NCBI GenBank assembly: GCA_041907025.1
Contig: JAYRIB010000004.1
Location: 1,223-65,222, forward strand
Length of the DNA: 64,000 nt
Direction of reading: 5' to 3'
Source: Candidatus Saccharimonadia bacterium
GTDB lineage: Bacteria; Patescibacteriota; Saccharimonadia; CAILAD01; JADZBC01
In this document: positions 57,292-64,000 of the stretch, one piece after another
How positions within the stretch are numbered: the stretch's first letter is position 1
How the letters are laid out: each line of letters starts with the position of its first letter
Translations under genes and position numbers: made by a program
Notes under the pieces: model-generated
What the model was told of the DNA's origin: nothing
Seen by the model: the letters and a program-made list of their open reading frames with translations, nothing else
The model's database searches: none

Positions 57292-59808
57292 GTGGAAACA
57301 CAGAACCAGACATTCATTATTCTTGCCACACTACTAACTTTAGCATTTCTTGCTACGCTTGGGTTGGTAGCTTTCGTGATTTACCGGAAAATGGTTCGAC
57401 GCAATAAGGACATCGAGCGGAGCCTAAAAATGGTGCCGTTGCAGATCAAGCTCCCACCGGCCGAGGCGAGTGAATCGAGTAACCGAGATACCCGGGAGCT
57501 GTTTAAAGAAAACATCTCAAAAGCCGAGGGGGTCTTTAACTTGCTTTCGGGCATCACGGCAGATAAATCTCATCTTTACGGTAACCGTTATGTCAGCTTC
57601 GAGATTATTGCTGACGGCGCCATGATCTACTTCTACACCGCAGTGCCAGTCACGCTTTTGTCGACAGTCCAAAAGGCCCTGGTGTCGGGCTACCCGACCA
57701 TCCAGATTGAGCAGATCGATGATCCCAATATCTTTTCACAGACTAGTAAGCTGGCTGGGGTATCTGGTGGCGAGTTGGTACTGGCCAACGATTCCTACTT
57801 CCCTATAGCTACCTATAAGAGTCGTGATTCTGATCCGTTGGCTGGCATACTGAGTAGTCTTTCACGCTTGCAGCCGGGCGAGGGGGCTGGAATTCAAATT
57901 ATGATTCGCCCAGCTAAGCCTGTTTGGGCAAAGAATGCCAAGAAGAAAGCCAAGGACTTGCTAGACCCTGAGAAGATTGCCAAAGAGAAGTATACGACCA
58001 AGAAGTTGGTGCGGGATATTGCCATGGCGCCAATCAAGCAGCCTAAGTACTCCAAGAAGATGGAAGAAGGGACCTATAAACAGGACAACCAGCCAGACGC
58101 CATCAACCAGAAGATGAGTCAGTTGGTAGAGGAGAAGTACGCCGCGCCGGCTTTTGAAACGATGATCCGTATCCTGGTAAGCTCGGGCGATCAGCATCGT
58201 TCCAAGGCGATCGTTCAGGATATGCTCACTGGTTTTGCGCAACTTGCGCTGCCAAACTCCAACCAGTTTAAGTTTAAGCCTGCACCATCGGCCGAGAAGC
58301 TAGCGACCGACTTCATCTTCCGCTTTTTTCCGGCAAGTAAGTCGTCGACGGTGCTAAATTCCACTGAACTTGCAGGAATCTTCCACTTCCCTGGTGAGGA
58401 TATGCAGGTGTCCACACCTGTTATTCGCAAAGGAATGCGCGAGGTACCAGCCCCAGCCGACATGCCAGCCGACGGACTTATACTGGGTAGCAATGTCTAC
58501 CGTGGTCAAGAAACAGTAGTGCGTTTGCTGGACGATGATCGACGGCGTCACGTTTATATTATCGGTCAAACTGGTACCGGTAAGTCAGTTTTCTTAGAAA
58601 ACTGTATCGTGCAGGACATGCATATGGGCAAGGGACTATGCTTCTTGGATCCCCATGGCGACACAGCCGAGAAGCTCATGGCCAAAGTGCCGCCCCATCG
58701 GCTCAAGGACGTTATCTACTTTAACCCGGGTGACATTGATTACCCGCTTGGTTTTAATATCCTCGAGTTTGACCCCGCGCATCCGGAGCAGAAGGACTTC
58801 CTTATTCAGGAGGCGATTAGTATGTTCTATAAGCTCTATGACCCAAAAGGTCAGGGCATTGTCGGGCCAATGTTTGTTGATTGGTTCCGCAATGCTGCTC
58901 TTACCGTTATGTCCGACCCAGCTGGCGGTACGATGATTGAGGTGCCTAAGTTGTTTACGAATGATGACTTTTTAAAGCAGAAGTTTAGGCACGTGGCCGA
59001 TCCGGTGGTGCAAGAGTTCTGGACCGGACAGATGGCGCAGACCAGCGAGCACACTAAGAGTGAAATGCTTGGTTACTTTACGTCTAAGTTTGGCGACTTT
59101 GCCAATAATGAGATAATGCGTAACATTATTGGTCAGAAGAAGTCGTCCTTTAGCTTGCGTGACATCATGGACGGTAAGAAGATCCTATTTGTGAACCTGT
59201 CCAAAGGTTTGCTTGGCGACATGAACTCTAAGTTGCTCGGCATTATTTTCATTATTAAATTCCAGATGGCCGCTATGAGCCGAGCCGATACGCCCGAAGA
59301 TCAGCGTCAAGACTTTAGTCTCTACATTGATGAGTTTCAAAACTATGCCACTGATTCAATTGCCACGATTCTGTCTGAAGCTCGCAAATATCGCTTGAAC
59401 ATGATTATGGCAAACCAGTTTATCTCCCAGCTTGAGGAGCCGATTCGTGATGCGGTCTTTGGTAACGTTGGTAACATGATTGGCTTTCGGGTTGGCCCAG
59501 AGGACGCTGAGTTTATGGCCAAGCAGTTCGCGCCTGCTTTTGATAAAGATGACATTATTAATACGCCCAACTTGTACGCGGCGGCTCGTCTGATTAGCCG
59601 TGGTGCCGTTACGCCGCCTTTTTCGCTCAAAGAAATATTCCCACCGATTGGGGTGGCCAACCCGCAGCTCTATGATCAAATGGTACAGCTCTCGCGTCAG
59701 CAATTCGCCCGCCCGAAGGCCGATGTGGCCGCCGAGATAGCTCATAGTTTGGCAGTTGTGCCCTCGACACCGCAGGCAAAGCCAGGCACCTCCGTAGTAA
59801 ACCGCTAG
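57292..59808 (+). CDS. Type IV secretion coupling-protein-like (TraG/VirD4/HerA) ATPase
   Basis: N-terminal TM; RRHVYIIGQTGTGKS, DPHGD, YIDEFQN and SEARKY motifs. Confidence 0.88.
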   Translation: METQNQTFIILATLLTLAFLATLGLVAFVIYRKMVRRNKDIERSLKMVPLQIKLPPAEASESSNRDTRELFKENISKAEGVFNLLSGITADKSHLYGNRYVSFEIIADGAMIYFYTAVPVTLLSTVQKALVSGYPTIQIEQIDDPNIFSQTSKLAGVSGGELVLANDSYFPIATYKSRDSDPLAGILSSLSRLQPGEGAGIQIMIRPAKPVWAKNAKKKAKDLLDPEKIAKEKYTTKKLVRDIAMAPIKQPKYSKKMEEGTYKQDNQPDAINQKMSQLVEEKYAAPAFETMIRILVSSGDQHRSKAIVQDMLTGFAQLALPNSNQFKFKPAPSAEKLATDFIFRFFPASKSSTVLNSTELAGIFHFPGEDMQVSTPVIRKGMREVPAPADMPADGLILGSNVYRGQETVVRLLDDDRRRHVYIIGQTGTGKSVFLENCIVQDMHMGKGLCFLDPHGDTAEKLMAKVPPHRLKDVIYFNPGDIDYPLGFNILEFDPAHPEQKDFLIQEAISMFYKLYDPKGQGIVGPMFVDWFRNAALTVMSDPAGGTMIEVPKLFTNDDFLKQKFRHVADPVVQEFWTGQMAQTSEHTKSEMLGYFTSKFGDFANNEIMRNIIGQKKSSFSLRDIMDGKKILFVNLSKGLLGDMNSKLLGIIFIIKFQMAAMSRADTPEDQRQDFSLYIDEFQNYATDSIATILSEARKYRLNMIMANQFISQLEEPIRDAVFGNVGNMIGFRVGPEDAEFMAKQFAPAFDKDDIINTPNLYAAARLISRGAVTPPFSLKEIFPPIGVANPQLYDQMVQLSRQQFARPKADVAAEIAHSLAVVPSTPQAKPGTSVVNR

Positions 59809-59908
59809 CGCTTATGGTCTAGAGGACTTGCCCGTCCTTGAACAGGTGGGGTATACTAGGGAGTATCTGTTGTCAGCTTGGCTGGCACGTAATAAAAGTG
59901 AGGGTTAA

Positions 59909-62005
<2,097 letters not shown>

Positions 62006-62012
62006 GAGCATC

Positions 62013-64000
62013 ATGGCAGATACAACCGACAAGCAAGCTAAAGAACCCCAGATGACGCCCGAAGAGCAAACAAACCAGGCGATGATTGAGAGTGGTATTG
62101 GCCAGGTAGAATTCCGCACCATTGAAACGGAAATGGAGAAGAGCTACCTCGACTATTCCATGAGTGTCATCGTTTCACGCGCGTTGCCTGATGTGCGTGA
62201 CGGGCTCAAGCCAGTGCACCGACGTATACTTTTCGTAATGAACAACCTTGGTCTGCGCCACGGTTCTAAGTTCCGCAAGAGCGCCACCGTGGTTGGTGAT
62301 GTGATGGGTAGCTATCACCCTCACGGCGATAGCGCAATCTACGACGCCATGGCTCGTATGGCGCAAGACTTTTCGATGCGCTACATGCTGGTTGATGGTC
62401 AAGGTAACTTTGGTTCGATTGACGGTGACTCGCCAGCCGCCATGCGTTATACCGAAGCTCGCATGCAGAAGCTCACCGAGGAGTTGTTGGTCGACATCGA
62501 CAAAGACACCGTGGACTTTAGACCCAACTACGATGGTAATAAGCGTGAGCCATCAGTCCTGCCAGCTAAATTACCAAACTTACTCTTAAACGGTGTACAG
62601 GGTATTGCCGTTGGTATGGCAACTAATATCCCGCCTCACAATCTAACCGAAATCGTCGATGCCGTAATCCATATTATCGACAACCCCGAAGCTACCGTCG
62701 CCGATCTCATTGGTATCGTGACGGGTCCAGACTTCCCGGGTGGGGGGATTATCTTTGACGACGGCGGCATAGCTCAGGCCTACGGCACGGGCAAGGGTAG
62801 TATTGTGATGCGGGCTGATGCTGAGATTGAAGAAGATAAAAAAGGCCGCCAGCGTATTGTAGTTACCTCAATCCCATTCCAGGTGAACAAGTCTACCCTA
62901 GTGACCAAGATTGCCGACCTGTATCACGAGAAGAAGCTGATTGGTATCTCTGACGTACGCGATGAATCATCAGACCGTGTCGGCGTGCGCATTATCATTG
63001 AGCTCAAGAAAGACGCTTACGCTCAGAAGCTCCTAAACCAACTCTTTCGCTTAACGCCCCTGCAAACTACCTTCCACGTTAATATGCTCGCCTTGGTGAA
63101 TGGTATTCAGCCGCGCGTGCTCAACCTTGAGATGGTCTTGCGTCATTACCTTGACCACCGCAAGATCGTGGTGCGTCGTCGCACTGAGTTTGAGCTGCGC
63201 AAAGCGCAGGCCAGAGCGCACATTCTAGAGGGCTTACGTATTGCCCTTGATCAGATCGATAAGGTTATTTCGACCATCCGGGCGAGCTCGACCAAAGAAG
63301 AAGCCCTTGCCAACTTAATTAAGAACTTTAAGTTGACCGAGATTCAAGCTAAAGCTATTCTCGACATGCAACTGCGGACCCTGGCTGGCTTGGAACGCAA
63401 AAGGATTGAAGATGAGTACAACGCACTCATGTTGTTAATCAAAGAGCTCGAGACCATCCTGAGCGACGAGGCCAACATCCTTAAAGTTATTCGTGAAGAG
63501 CTGGTTGAGCTTAAAGAAAAGCATGGCGACAAACGCCGAACTAAGGTTGTGAAATCAGCTATTGGTAAGTTCTCGGATGAAGATTTGATCCCGAACGAAG
63601 AAGTGATTATTACCTTGACGACTGGTAACTACATTAAGCGCATGCCATCAAATACCTATACGGCGCAAGCGCGTGGCGGTAAAGGTAAAATCGGTATGGC
63701 CACCAAGGAAGAGGACGTGGTAGAGCACATGGTGCAGACGAATAACCACGATACCATCCTGTTCTTTACCTCGCTCGGGCGGGCCTTTAAGCTGAAAGCG
63801 CACGAGGTGCCAGCTTCATCCCGTACTGCTAAAGGCCAGGCGATCGTTAATTTACTGAATCTGAGTCCAGACGAGCGTGTCACTTCCTTGCTGACGATTG
63901 AGAAGGACAATGCCTCCAAGTTCCTGTTTATGACCACCAAGAACGGGGTAATCAAGAAGACAGCGATTACTGAGTATCAGAATGTCCGAGCCAGTGGACT
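62013..64000 (+). CDS. gyrA: DNA gyrase subunit A (partial, runs off the window)
   Basis: [38 protein letters not shown] and a GyrA-box-like QARGGKG; AGGAG Shine-Dalgarno. Confidence 0.97.
   Translation, partial: MADTTDKQAKEPQMTPEEQTNQAMIESGIGQVEFRTIETEMEKSYLDYSMSVIVSRALPDVRDGLKPVHRRILFVMNNLGLRHGSKFRKSATVVGDVMGSYHPHGDSAIYDAMARMAQDFSMRYMLVDGQGNFGSIDGDSPAAMRYTEARMQKLTEELLVDIDKDTVDFRPNYDGNKREPSVLPAKLPNLLLNGVQGIAVGMATNIPPHNLTEIVDAVIHIIDNPEATVADLIGIVTGPDFPGGGIIFDDGGIAQAYGTGKGSIVMRADAEIEEDKKGRQRIVVTSIPFQVNKSTLVTKIADLYHEKKLIGISDVRDESSDRVGVRIIIELKKDAYAQKLLNQLFRLTPLQTTFHVNMLALVNGIQPRVLNLEMVLRHYLDHRKIVVRRRTEFELRKAQARAHILEGLRIALDQIDKVISTIRASSTKEEALANLIKNFKLTEIQAKAILDMQLRTLAGLERKRIEDEYNALMLLIKELETILSDEANILKVIREELVELKEKHGDKRRTKVVKSAIGKFSDEDLIPNEEVIITLTTGNYIKRMPSNTYTAQARGGKGKIGMATKEEDVVEHMVQTNNHDTILFFTSLGRAFKLKAHEVPASSRTAKGQAIVNLLNLSPDERVTSLLTIEKDNASKFLFMTTKNGVIKKTAITEYQNVRASG

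Noticed and set aside
57292-59808. Conjugative element or ICE
   Set aside because: No relaxase, integrase, att repeats or mating-pair genes flank the ATPase.

Overview
A 64-kb, gene-dense chromosomal segment read in genetic code 11. The gene content points to a small-genome Patescibacteria (CPR, probably Saccharibacteria-like) bacterium; this taxonomic call is an inference. Housekeeping genes include dinB, pyrE, thrS, miaA, rpmB, uppP, rnhA, infC-rpmI-rplT, comM, galT, class I fba, smpB, argS, rmuC, trpS, pheST and gyrBA. The window holds tRNA-Val, tRNA-Pro, RNase P RNA, tmRNA, a probable 6S RNA and a T-box leader. The main unexplained features are: (1) a ~500-nt, highly structured, ORF-free transcription unit downstream of trpS with a near-consensus promoter, a boxA-like motif and a terminator; (2) a PheRS beta subunit with an NlpC/P60 peptidase domain inserted in its B5 region, next to an L,D-transpeptidase; (3) an apparently split histidine kinase, where a 1711-aa surface protein ends in an H-box and a separate membrane HATPase gene lies 19 kb away; (4) a small GC-rich islet at the tmRNA 3' end; (5) frequent leaderless-type starts and two non-canonical start codons. 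All product calls come from motif recognition by eye; no database search was run.
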